Shown here: positions 50,261 through 59,689 of the stretch, one piece after another
Layout: each line of letters begins with the position of its first letter
Position numbering within the stretch: position 1 is the first letter of the stretch
Origin: an uncultured bacterium
GTDB lineage: Bacteria > CSSED10-310 > CAZUFC01
Reading direction: 5' to 3'
DNA: 64,000 bases
NCBI GenBank assembly: GCA_964619725.1
Contig: CAZUFC010000021.1
Coordinates: forward strand, 16,963-80,962
Notes under the pieces: model-generated
Seen by the model: the letters and a program-made list of their open reading frames with translations, nothing else
What the model was told of the DNA's origin: nothing
Database searches by the model: none
Position numbers and translations under genes: made by a program

Positions 50261-52678
50261 TCAGTCGTTTAAATCCGCTTCTCGCGATGTGGTCGTAATA
50301 TCCGGTTTCTGCTGCTCTTCTTTTTTCTCGGTTTCCCGGGTTTCCTGTTCGCTTTTTTCCTGCTTTTCTTTTTCTTTCTCTTTTTCTTTTCGTTTCCTGG
50401 CTTTTTCTTTTTCAGCTTCTTCTTTTTGCTTTCTCTTTTCCATAGAACGGAAAGCTAAAGGATCGATTTTTTCCAGGTCGAAAAAGGTGATTTTGTTCAG
50501 GAAATAATCGGAAACGACTAATTCCTGGCCGTCACCAGTAACGGCAATGCCTATGGGGCGGGAAAGTTCTTCCGTCAAGCGAACGGGTCTGACGGAAGTG
50601 CGGCGTTCGTCATAAGGGTCCAGAGCCAGGATGTTTCCGCGGTAGGGATCGGTGATGTAGAAGGTATCGGTTTTTTCAGAATAAGCGATATGAGGATGAT
50701 ACCTTTTCTGTCCGCGTCTTATTCTTTGAGGCCAGTAAGGAACTCGCCAGTACCTGACATATTCGCCGTCGGGAGAGAATTGTTGAATCCGTGTATTTCC
50801 CAGGTCGACGACGAACATGTTGCCTTTGTTATCCAGGGCGATGCTCGTAGGCCATCTCAGTTCGCCTGTTTTTTCTCCCGGCTTGCTGAAAGCGGTGAGA
50901 AAATCGCCGTCAGGATTAAATTTCAGAATTCGGCTGTTTCCTGCGCTGCATATATAGAGGTTATCGTTTCTGTCGACAGTCAGTCCCGCAGGCGAGATAA
51001 GGGGATAATCAATGGCTTTAACGACATTCGCGTAGGATTTGAGGTCCGGCGAGAGTTTGAAGACCTGGTTCACGGCGCTGTTCGATACGTAAAGACAACG
51101 GTTGGAGTCCATGGTTATACCTTCCGGTTGCCTTAAATCAACTCCGTCTTCGTCCACGGAGAAGCCTTTTCCCAGTATCTTCTGGACCTCTCCGTCCCTG
51201 GTCATTATTTTGACCATATGATTATTATAATCGGCTACGTACAACATTTCATCGTCGCCTGTCAGCAAAGAACCCGGGCCGTTCAGCTTTTCCCTCGACA
51301 TCTGTTCTACACCCGCAAAAGCGTAACCGATCGCCTGTAACTGCTCAATCTCTTCCAGACTCAATTCAGCCGGCTGCGTCTGTCCCCGCAACATATAATT
51401 CTCCGCTATATAATTGCCCATGTCCTCATAAAGCCTCTTCCGCTCGTCAGGGTGCGTCTTATACAAGTTTTTCTGCTCCTGCGGGTCCTCTTTCATATCA
51501 AATAACAGAGACCTCGTTTCATATTTCGGTTCATATATGAATTTATACTTGTCATCCTGAACCATCTTGATGGGGTCTCTCATCCTGAATGTCTCAGCGT
51601 ATGCCTTCTCAGAATGAGTGTAGGTCAATTTCTGAATCAGGGTCGGCTTCATCAGGGGTTTCAGTGATTTGCCCTGCAGTTCCGGGTTCAACTGGAAATC
51701 GCATATTTCCAGTATTGTAGGCGGTATGTCGATAGTCTGAACCATGTCCGGCACCACCATGTTCACTTCTTTCACATAATCAGGCAAGGATATGATAAGC
51801 GGCACCAGTACCTGTTCTTCATAAAGCGTGCGTCCGTGATCCATCCCGCCATGTTCCTTGAATTCCTCCCCGTGGTCGGAAAAAATGATGATCATCGTCC
51901 GGTCGAATACTCCCTTTTCAATTAATTTCTGAATTATTTTGCCGAAAGAGGCGTCCACTCGTCTTATTTCGCCGTCATACAGCGCTATCAAATGCTCCAG
52001 GTCCTCCGGGTTTTCAAAATCCACGTTTCTTCGGAAATACTTGTGGAAGTCCTTGGGCCAGCCCGTCATCGTACCGGTATAATCCGGATCATAGATTTCG
52101 GATAAAGGCGCCGGCGGATCATAAGGGGTATGAGGATCAAGATAATGCAGAAACAGGAGAAAAGGTTCGTCCGAAGCGTTTTTATCCAACCAGTCCAGTC
52201 CGAATTGCGTGATCTTTTCCGTACCCTGCTCCAGGGGCTTGGCTATTTTTTCAAAGTCATCAAAGCCGCGTTTAAAACCGAAAGCCGCTCCTACATAAGC
52301 AGAACTCACTACAGCCCCGGTCTTGTAACCTCGTTTATTAAGCATTTCGCCCAGAGTTTCATTTTCTTCGGGCAACTTGGTACCGTCGGTTTCGACTCCA
52401 TGAGCGGAGGGATACAACGAAGTGAAAATAGACATATGAGAGGGCAGCGTCCAGGAACATTGAACGATGGGATATTGGAAGACGACGCCTTTTTTGCATA
52501 GCTTATCGAGCGTCGGGGATGTGTGCCGGGGATATCCGTAAACGGAGAGATGATCCGCTCTAAGAGTATCGATGGACACCAGTAATATATTGTACTGCCT
52601 TGAGGCTCCGTCAGCCGTCGCATAGTAACCGGTCAAAAGCGACATGACGATGATTGCGAAAAAGTATTTTCTGACCAT
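50261..52678 (-). CDS. Secreted sulfatase-like hydrolase fused to NHL repeats
   Basis: SIDTLRADHL, WTLPSH, DPH, SDHGEEF; NHL repeats (YVAD..NH, P.GI..D); charged tail. Confidence 0.88.
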   Translation of the reverse strand: MVRKYFFAIIVMSLLTGYYATADGASRQYNILLVSIDTLRADHLSVYGYPRHTSPTLDKLCKKGVVFQYPIVQCSWTLPSHMSIFTSLYPSAHGVETDGTKLPEENETLGEMLNKRGYKTGAVVSSAYVGAAFGFKRGFDDFEKIAKPLEQGTEKITQFGLDWLDKNASDEPFLLFLHYLDPHTPYDPPAPLSEIYDPDYTGTMTGWPKDFHKYFRRNVDFENPEDLEHLIALYDGEIRRVDASFGKIIQKLIEKGVFDRTMIIIFSDHGEEFKEHGGMDHGRTLYEEQVLVPLIISLPDYVKEVNMVVPDMVQTIDIPPTILEICDFQLNPELQGKSLKPLMKPTLIQKLTYTHSEKAYAETFRMRDPIKMVQDDKYKFIYEPKYETRSLLFDMKEDPQEQKNLYKTHPDERKRLYEDMGNYIAENYMLRGQTQPAELSLEEIEQLQAIGYAFAGVEQMSREKLNGPGSLLTGDDEMLYVADYNNHMVKIMTRDGEVQKILGKGFSVDEDGVDLRQPEGITMDSNRCLYVSNSAVNQVFKLSPDLKSYANVVKAIDYPLISPAGLTVDRNDNLYICSAGNSRILKFNPDGDFLTAFSKPGEKTGELRWPTSIALDNKGNMFVVDLGNTRIQQFSPDGEYVRYWRVPYWPQRIRRGQKRYHPHIAYSEKTDTFYITDPYRGNILALDPYDERRTSVRPVRLTEELSRPIGIAVTGDGQELVVSDYFLNKITFFDLEKIDPLAFRSMEKRKQKEEAEKEKARKRKEKEKEKEKQEKSEQETRETEKKEEQQKPDITTTSREADLND

Positions 52679-52792
52679 TTAGCTTCCTCCAGAGAAAATA
52701 ACTTCCGTCGACAATGCTATCACTGATTAAAAATATTTCAACCAGACGACGGATGCTTTTCATAATAATCCAGGACTGAGGCGTTTGTTGCG

Positions 52793-53860
52793 TCAGCCCA
52801 ATATGAATTCTATACCAGGACCCCAGGTTACTTCAATTTTTTTGTCCGTATAATAAATTTCGCCGTCAAGCGTGTAGGTTGTTTTTTCCTTAACGTCGAT
52901 CTCGACTCGTTCGGCAAGCTTGTCCAAAAGCGGATTCGTTTTGAGAGGAAGTCCGAAATAGAATTTGGGGAATTGATGAGCCATGTATTTTATCGGCCGG
53001 GGCGTACACCACACATGAAAACGATCAAAGTCGTCCTGGAGTCTGTAGCCGATATGAAGACCGAAGCCGGTTTTTTTTATCGTAGTGGCGATGAGGACGG
53101 TGTGTTTTTCGAATGACGTTTTTTCTCCGTCTACCGCGACTTTTGCGTTCATAGGACGAAAAAGTTTTCTGGATGATGTTTTGAAAAAGAGGGAAAAGGC
53201 CAGTTTGCCGATCAGGCGGATGACGGCTCCCTGTCCATAATGACCGCTCTCATTATATACACGGATAAATTCAGCAATGGAACCCATCCCCAGAACGAAT
53301 CCATAACTGTCGCCGACTTGCAACAGCTTATGCTTCTTTATCCTGGAAAACGACCTCGTTTCATAGCATTCCAGAAAGCGCTGCAGATGGCGGTCCGGCT
53401 CCAGATTAACTCCCAGAGCTTGTGCCAGGCTGTTAATTGTCCCGCCTTTCAGGGGAATTATCCCGGGAATCGCCCTTTTTCGGGCGCGACACTGGCTGAT
53501 CAGTTCGGAAAGGCTGACCTGCATGGTGCCGTCGCCGCCGCAAATGACCAGATATTCGATTCCTGCATTCAGCATTTTGTCGATCTCTGAAGGCACTTGT
53601 TTCGGACGTTTGGTTACCGCTGCCAGTTCATTGTTCCCGAACAGGTCAGGAAAGGCACGCCTTAACCGGGTCTCCCAACTTTTGCGTCTGCCCGCCAGTT
53701 CATTGATTAGAACGCCAAACACGACTGAAATCCTTTCGGGGAGGGTAAATGACGACGGGTAATAATAAAAAGCGTCCGCTTGCCTGTCAACAGATTTATC
53801 TCTCAGCTTCGGACCGGCATTAATTTTATACGCTGAAGAAAAGTCTGGCCTTAGATTCAT
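52793..53860 (-). CDS. Diacylglycerol kinase-family protein
   Basis: CGGDGT, PLKGGTINSLA, TLDGE. Start uncertain. Confidence 0.85.
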   Translation of the reverse strand: MNLRPDFSSAYKINAGPKLRDKSVDRQADAFYYYPSSFTLPERISVVFGVLINELAGRRKSWETRLRRAFPDLFGNNELAAVTKRPKQVPSEIDKMLNAGIEYLVICGGDGTMQVSLSELISQCRARKRAIPGIIPLKGGTINSLAQALGVNLEPDRHLQRFLECYETRSFSRIKKHKLLQVGDSYGFVLGMGSIAEFIRVYNESGHYGQGAVIRLIGKLAFSLFFKTSSRKLFRPMNAKVAVDGEKTSFEKHTVLIATTIKKTGFGLHIGYRLQDDFDRFHVWCTPRPIKYMAHQFPKFYFGLPLKTNPLLDKLAERVEIDVKEKTTYTLDGEIYYTDKKIEVTWGPGIEFILG

Positions 53861-53866
53861 TTTTAA

Positions 53867-54127
53867 GGACTGATCAAATGTGGGTTACAATTCGGATCGA
53901 TCCAAAAATCTCTTAAGCGCCCAAGGCGCAGTGTATCAAAGCCCATGATTAAGCGAAGCGGAGCGCAACCCTGAGTCAGGACAGAAAAAATGAAAACTCT
54001 GAAGGAGCGCAGTACATTTCCGTTTCGACGGCTATAACAGAGTATCTGGCGTCATGGCTGTTCGTAAATACTCTGAATCAATTCAGCAAAAATTGTAATC
54101 TTGAAATGTGCGCTTTTGATCAATGCC
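53867..54127 (-). mobile_element. MITE-like family 1, copy 4 (inverted)
   Basis: Minus strand starts ggcattgatcaaaagcgcacatttcaagattacaatt and ends gtaacccacatttgatcagtcc. Confidence 0.65.
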
Positions 54128-54243
54128 CATTTTTACTTCGGGAGGCTCGGACTGCCGGCCGCTGTGGATTTTCGGACTGGCGCATGATAGTTTGCCTTGA
54201 CATATCCGGCTTTCAAACGTAATCATCATGCCTGGAGGAAGCG

Positions 54244-54993
54244 ATGACCCTGCCGGAACAAATTGATGCCTGGAAGGTTAAATTGTCCGTTTTTGAAGGA
54301 CCTATGGAGCTTCTTCTGCACCTGGTGCGCGACAATAAAATGGATATTTATGATATCCCTATCGCTGAAATCACCCGACAGTATATGGAATACCTTAATT
54401 TTATGAAAGAAATGAACTTGCAGATCGCCGGCGATTTCCTGGTGACCGCGGCGGATTTGCTCATCATTAAATCGAAATCTCTGCTGCCCAGGCACGAAAT
54501 TGAAGAAGACGATGAAGGCGAAGACCCCAGGCATGAACTGGCTGAGCGGTTGCTCGAATATGAGCGATACCGGAGTGCAGCCGAAAAACTCAAGTCTTAT
54601 AAAGATATGGCGGATAAATTGTGGGGCAGGGGAAAATTATATGACGAAGAACCGGATGAAGAATATGTCTTCGATGTCGGATTGTACGATCTTATTCAAG
54701 CCTTCCAGAGTCTTCTGAAAGAGAAATCCACGGAAGAATTTCATGAAGTTGAAGTCAATCAGTTTTCCATCAAGGAAAAGATATCGGAAATAATGAATTA
54801 CCTGGCTGAAAAAAGACGCGTCAAATTTTCGTCCCTTTTTGAAGATATTTCCGGAAAGCAGGAGATGATAGCGCTTTTTCTGGCTTTGCTGGAACTTGTT
54901 CGTTTGAGAATGGTTAAAGTATCCCAGAAAAGACACGACGGCGACATTTGGGTTCGCGCTGCCGTGAAGGAGGTTCAGGAGTATGATTACTGA
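54244..54993 (+). CDS. scpA: Segregation and condensation protein A
   Basis: FEGPMELLLHLV, DIYDIPI, IKSKSLLP, FLALLEL. Confidence 0.95.
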   Translation: MTLPEQIDAWKVKLSVFEGPMELLLHLVRDNKMDIYDIPIAEITRQYMEYLNFMKEMNLQIAGDFLVTAADLLIIKSKSLLPRHEIEEDDEGEDPRHELAERLLEYERYRSAAEKLKSYKDMADKLWGRGKLYDEEPDEEYVFDVGLYDLIQAFQSLLKEKSTEEFHEVEVNQFSIKEKISEIMNYLAEKRRVKFSSLFEDISGKQEMIALFLALLELVRLRMVKVSQKRHDGDIWVRAAVKEVQEYDY

Positions 54994-55711
54994 TCAACGC
55001 TGGTCAATTTTTGAGGCGCTGTTGTTTATTGCGGACGGACCTCTTACTTTTGAACGAATAACGGAAGTGATGGAAGAGGCGAATCTGGAAGATTTGCTGC
55101 TGGATTGGGAGACTTTCGTTCATCAATATAATGAGCGAATGGGGGGATTGAAAATAGTCGAAATTGCCGGGGGATATCAGCTTCGATCGAGGGAAGAGTT
55201 TGATGAGTGGGTGCGCCGATATAAAACGAGGATAAAAAAAATCCGTTTGAGCCAGGCGGCTCTGGAGACGTTGGCGGTGATAGCCTACCGGCAACCTATC
55301 ATTCGGTCCGAGATTGAGGATATCCGGGGCGTGGACGCGACGGGCGTGTTGAAGAATCTCCTTGAAAAAGGACTAGTAAAGGTGCTGGGCAGAAGCGATG
55401 TGCCTGGAAAACCCATCATGTACGGGACCAGTGAAGCGTTCCTGGAACATTTCGGATTGAAAGACCTCTCAAGCCTCCCGACTCTCAAGGAAATGGAAGA
55501 GTATTTCCTGGAAGAAAAAAATGAAGGCGCCGGCGGGGACGAGGAAGGCCTGGAGAAGGTTGAGGAAGCAGGAGAATCGGAAGCGGCGTCAGAGGATTCG
55601 GAGAAAACGGATTCAGGCGATGCCGTCCGCCAGGCTGATGCATGCGAGAGGGAATATGAACCGGAGGTTGACGGCGAGTCGACGTATGATGAAAAGGGTG
55701 ATGACGCATGA
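54983..55711 (+). CDS. scpB: Segregation and condensation protein B
   Basis: EALLF, LSQAALETLAVIAYRQP, IEDIRGV, FLEHFGL. Confidence 0.95.
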   Translation: MITDQRWSIFEALLFIADGPLTFERITEVMEEANLEDLLLDWETFVHQYNERMGGLKIVEIAGGYQLRSREEFDEWVRRYKTRIKKIRLSQAALETLAVIAYRQPIIRSEIEDIRGVDATGVLKNLLEKGLVKVLGRSDVPGKPIMYGTSEAFLEHFGLKDLSSLPTLKEMEEYFLEEKNEGAGGDEEGLEKVEEAGESEAASEDSEKTDSGDAVRQADACEREYEPEVDGESTYDEKGDDA

Positions 55712-56430
55712 AGTTACAGAAATTCATGGCTTATGCGGGAGCGGGATCGAGAAGAGCCTGCGAAAGGATGATCAGACAGGGGCGAGTCACAGTTAACGGA
55801 AGAATAATCCGTAAGCCCGGACCATCCGTGAATCCCAGTGAGGATGCCGTTAAACTCGACGGCAAAATATTGATCCTCAAGAAACCATCTGTTTACCTTC
55901 TGTTGAATAAACCGCGGGGCTATATTTCCAGCCGTAAAGATGAAAAAGGAAGAAAAACCGTCTTTGAATTGCTGCCTCCCAAATACGGCCGATTGTTTAC
56001 CGTCGGACGTCTCGACTTCAATACGGAAGGGTTAATCATTTTGACCGACGACGGAGAATGGGCGGAAAAAATTATTCATCCTCGCTCGCAGCTTCCTCGA
56101 ACCTACATGGTTAAAATAAGAGGTAAAATTTCGCCCGATCAAATACGCAGGCTTGAAAACGGAGTATTGTTGAACGATAAAAAGAGGATTTCCGCAGCGG
56201 TGAATTTCAGGAAATTTACCGGTAAAAACGCCTGGATAAAAATGACCATCAGGGAAGGACTTAACCGGCAGATTCATCGCATGTGCAAAGCCGTAGGCAA
56301 AGATGTCCTTAAAATTAAAAGAATCGCCCTGGGGCCTGTTAAACTGGGAAAACTGCCCCCGGCGAAATATCGCTTCCTCAGAAAAGACGAACTGGAAACC
56401 CTGGAAAAATCGACTGTTAATACGGGATGA
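55708..56430 (+). CDS. rluB: rRNA pseudouridine synthase (RluB-like)
   Basis: S4 domain, NKPRG, GRLDFNTEGL; scpAB synteny. Confidence 0.88.
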   Translation: MKLQKFMAYAGAGSRRACERMIRQGRVTVNGRIIRKPGPSVNPSEDAVKLDGKILILKKPSVYLLLNKPRGYISSRKDEKGRKTVFELLPPKYGRLFTVGRLDFNTEGLIILTDDGEWAEKIIHPRSQLPRTYMVKIRGKISPDQIRRLENGVLLNDKKRISAAVNFRKFTGKNAWIKMTIREGLNRQIHRMCKAVGKDVLKIKRIALGPVKLGKLPPAKYRFLRKDELETLEKSTVNTG

Positions 56431-56481
56431 AATTGACTAAAATAGTCTGAATTTCTCAATTCCGCAACTGGAGACGATGGG

Positions 56482-56850
56482 ATGAGCGAAATGAAAAAAG
56501 AGAATAAGAAAAGCGAATATAAAATAGGACAGGTCAGTCGTATGCTGGACCTGGAATCCTATGTGCTGCGCTATTGGGAAACGGAATTTCCCCAGTTGAA
56601 ACCTGAAAAAAGTCCCAAGGGCCAGCGAATATACAGAAAAAAAGACATTGAACTCCTGGAAAAAATAAAGCATCTGCTGTATGAAAGGAAATTCACCATA
56701 TCCGGGGCCAGGGAGGCCCTGGGCAGTTCACATGATAAACAAACAATAACGGCGAAACAGGATGACGAAGAGGTTATAGAACTGCTCAAAAATCTGAAAA
56801 GTAAACTGGAAAGCTTGCAATCGGCGTTGCGGAAGTATGAGCGGAACTGA
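56482..56850 (+). CDS. MerR-family transcriptional regulator
   Basis: YKIGQVS...VLRYWETEFPQLKP...RIY; precedes tRNA-Pro. Confidence 0.9.
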   Translation: MSEMKKENKKSEYKIGQVSRMLDLESYVLRYWETEFPQLKPEKSPKGQRIYRKKDIELLEKIKHLLYERKFTISGAREALGSSHDKQTITAKQDDEEVIELLKNLKSKLESLQSALRKYERN

Positions 56851-56915
56851 AGCGGCATGCGAAAAAAAATCTTGCATTATCTCGTGGAATGGTGTATTAG
56901 TAGTTCAGTTTTAGT

Positions 56916-56993
<78 letters not shown>

Positions 56994-57030
56994 TTTTTTT
57001 ATCATTTCAAATTGCTGTATGGGCTGATTA

Positions 57031-57795
57031 TTGACGTCGCAACTTCCACTGCCGTTCACCGCGCTGTCTGATTTGAACTGGTTTTCCATTCAGGAAAAAG
57101 TTGTTGCAGGGAGGAAAGGAGTATTGTTCAGATTGAACTTGAATGAGCGCAAGGACCCATATTTGGAGATGCGACGGCTTATGGTTGAAACGCAGTTGAG
57201 AAGACGCGGCATCAGAAACGAACGGGTTCTGAATGCGATGATGAGTGCTCCCAGGCACAGTTTCGTACCTCCCCACGACAGAAACCGAGCTTACGGCGAT
57301 TTTCCGCTTCCTGTAGGAAACGGACAGACTATTTCTCAGCCCTACATCGTTGCGATGATGACCGAACTTCTGGACCCTCAGCCCGAAGACAGGGTCCTGG
57401 AAATCGGGACAGGCTCAGGTTATCAGGCTGCGGTCCTGGCGGAAATCGTGAAAGAGGTCATCACGGTCGAAAGAATAGAAAACTTGATGAATAAAGCACA
57501 AGAGGCTTTGACGAGACTGGGGTACGACAATATTTCATTTCATCTGGGAGACGGAACCGAAGGATGGCCTGAAGAAAGTCCTTACGATAAAATACTTGTG
57601 ACCGCAGCAGCCCCTGAAATTCCTGAACCTCTGGTCGATCAACTGAGAATCGGCGGAAGAATTGTCCTCCCCATCGGAACGCAATGGTCACAGGAACTCA
57701 CTTTGCTGGTCAAACACGAAGATGAAAATCGAGTCACTTACCATGGAGGTTGCGCCTTTGTCAAACTCTACGGAAAATACGGCTGGAAAGATTGA
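57031..57795 (+). CDS. pcm: Protein-L-isoaspartate O-methyltransferase
   Basis: GQTISQPYIVA, LEIGTGSGYQAA, VTAAA. True start probably near 57139-57169. Confidence 0.93.
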   Translation: MTSQLPLPFTALSDLNWFSIQEKVVAGRKGVLFRLNLNERKDPYLEMRRLMVETQLRRRGIRNERVLNAMMSAPRHSFVPPHDRNRAYGDFPLPVGNGQTISQPYIVAMMTELLDPQPEDRVLEIGTGSGYQAAVLAEIVKEVITVERIENLMNKAQEALTRLGYDNISFHLGDGTEGWPEESPYDKILVTAAAPEIPEPLVDQLRIGGRIVLPIGTQWSQELTLLVKHEDENRVTYHGGCAFVKLYGKYGWKD

Positions 57796-58414
57796 AAAAA
57801 AGGGTATAGTAAGAAGGTTATACGACTGGGTTCTTCATTGGGCTGAAACGCCTTACGGAGTGCCCGCTCTTTTTATACTGGCTTTCGCTGAATCTTCATT
57901 TTTTCCCATCCCTCCCGATGTGCTCCTGATCGCACTGGCCATTTCCATACCGGTAAGAGCTTTCCGGTATGCCCTGGTTTGCTCTGTGGGGTCTCTCCTC
58001 GGCGGCATGTTCGGTTACGGAATCGGATATTTCTTATGGTGGGATGCCGCAGGCGCTTACAGCGGCGTGGCGAATTTCTTCTTCGCTCACATCCCCGGTT
58101 TCACCGAAGAGGTCTTCCAGAAAGTCCAGACTGGTTACGAGAACTGGAATTTCTGGCTGGTCTTTACAGCAGGATTTACGCCTTTGCCCTACAAAGTCAT
58201 TACTATTTCCGCCGGCGTCTGCTCAATCAAGTTTCCCGTTTTCCTGTTAGCTTCAGTTATCAGCCGTTCCGCAAGATTCTTCCTGCTGGGCATCCTGATT
58301 TACAAATTCGGGCCCCCTATAAAATCCTTCATCGACAAGTATTTCAATCTGCTCGCCTTCGCCTTCGTAGTCCTCTTGATCGTAGGATTCGTCGTGCTGA
58401 AATACATGCTTTAA
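57743..58414 (+). CDS. YqaA/DedA-family membrane protein
   Basis: FAESSFFPIPPD, GFTPLPYKV. Start uncertain. Confidence 0.9.
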   Translation: MEVAPLSNSTENTAGKIEKKGIVRRLYDWVLHWAETPYGVPALFILAFAESSFFPIPPDVLLIALAISIPVRAFRYALVCSVGSLLGGMFGYGIGYFLWWDAAGAYSGVANFFFAHIPGFTEEVFQKVQTGYENWNFWLVFTAGFTPLPYKVITISAGVCSIKFPVFLLASVISRSARFFLLGILIYKFGPPIKSFIDKYFNLLAFAFVVLLIVGFVVLKYML

Positions 58415-58608
58415 AATTTCAGAAAAATCACTTTAATATTCAATAAAATCAAAAAAAATCTGGTCAAGGTTTTGATCACACTATAGTTGCATCGCTCAGT
58501 CATTCTGTAGTAAAACGGCTAGCCGAAAAATCTTATTTCCTAGAATTAGTTAGTGTCTGTCCACAAAATCGAAGCCCGATTTAAAATTTAATGCTGGACA
58601 GCCACTTG

Positions 58609-58753
58609 GGTTTTTGATCCATAAACGGACGAATTTATCTTAAGGCAAGGAAGGCAAGGATTTGCGAGGTAGGGGTATTTATTATACGATGATTGAGTAG
58701 AGCCGCAGCCTGACGCAGTTTGGGGAAAATTCGCCGTTTATGGATCAAAAACC
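58609..58753. mobile_element. MITE-like family 3 with perfect 20-bp terminal inverted repeats
   Basis: ggtttttgatccataaacgg / ccgtttatggatcaaaaacc; no ORF. Confidence 0.8.
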
Positions 58754-59145
58754 GCGGTGACTGTCCGGTACCTGTAAATGATTTAACTATTTCTACAGAA
58801 TTATCATCCGCGAATTCACGCGAAAAGAAAAGAAGAAATAATTTTTGCGTTTTGATGCCGTTACGAGCGACGCGTTCAATAAGGAAGGCATCGATGAACG
58901 CTTAAGCGGTGATCCCTCATGACGAAAACACGATCAACGTGCGGTTCGCGGTCATGAAGAACCTCTTATTCGTCCGATTCGAGGTTAAAAAAATAAAACT
59001 TCAACAGTTCAAAAACAGTCCTGAAGTTTTGAAGCCGTTTCATTTACGATCTTTTCAGAAATGCAAACACGAATCACCCGAATCTCACGAATACGAAGGA
59101 TAATAAAATTTTACGTCGACATCCGCGTAAGCGGCTGCAAACCTC

Positions 59146-59353
59146 GGCATTGATCAAAAATACGTCTTTCGAGGTTACAATTCGACAGAATGTCCCATCA
59201 TTTTGTCTCGATTTCGATCCCGATTGCGACCCCGATCCCGATACCGTTTGCGACCCCGATACCGATCCCGTTTGCGATTTCGATCCCGATTGCGATTGCT
59301 GAAACAAAGCGTCAAAAGCTATGAAAGCAGCGTAAACCCGATTTGATCAGTCC
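59146..59353 (+). mobile_element. MITE-like family 1, copy 3, with GATCCC-type hexamer array
   Basis: ggcattgatcaaaaa ... tttgatcagtcc; hexamers at about 59210-59299. Confidence 0.75.
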
Positions 59354-59524
59354 CCAAACTTCAATACTTTTCGAAGGACCCAACAACCACCTAATCAACC
59401 GGGTTAATTGAATCATATTCGTATTATCCGCCTTCACTTCCCTGTCTTTCCACAAAAAATCGTCCCTGACCCGAAAAAACAGTTGATTTTTTAAATTCGA
59501 GCAGTAAAATAGTGTCAGCATAAT

Positions 59525-59599
<75 letters not shown>

Positions 59600-59689
59600 T
59601 TTATTTTTCGAAAAACTCGATATGAAGAAGAAATCCCCCCAATATTATTCATACGGCAACATTTCGCTTATATTTGAGGAGTAGCGATT

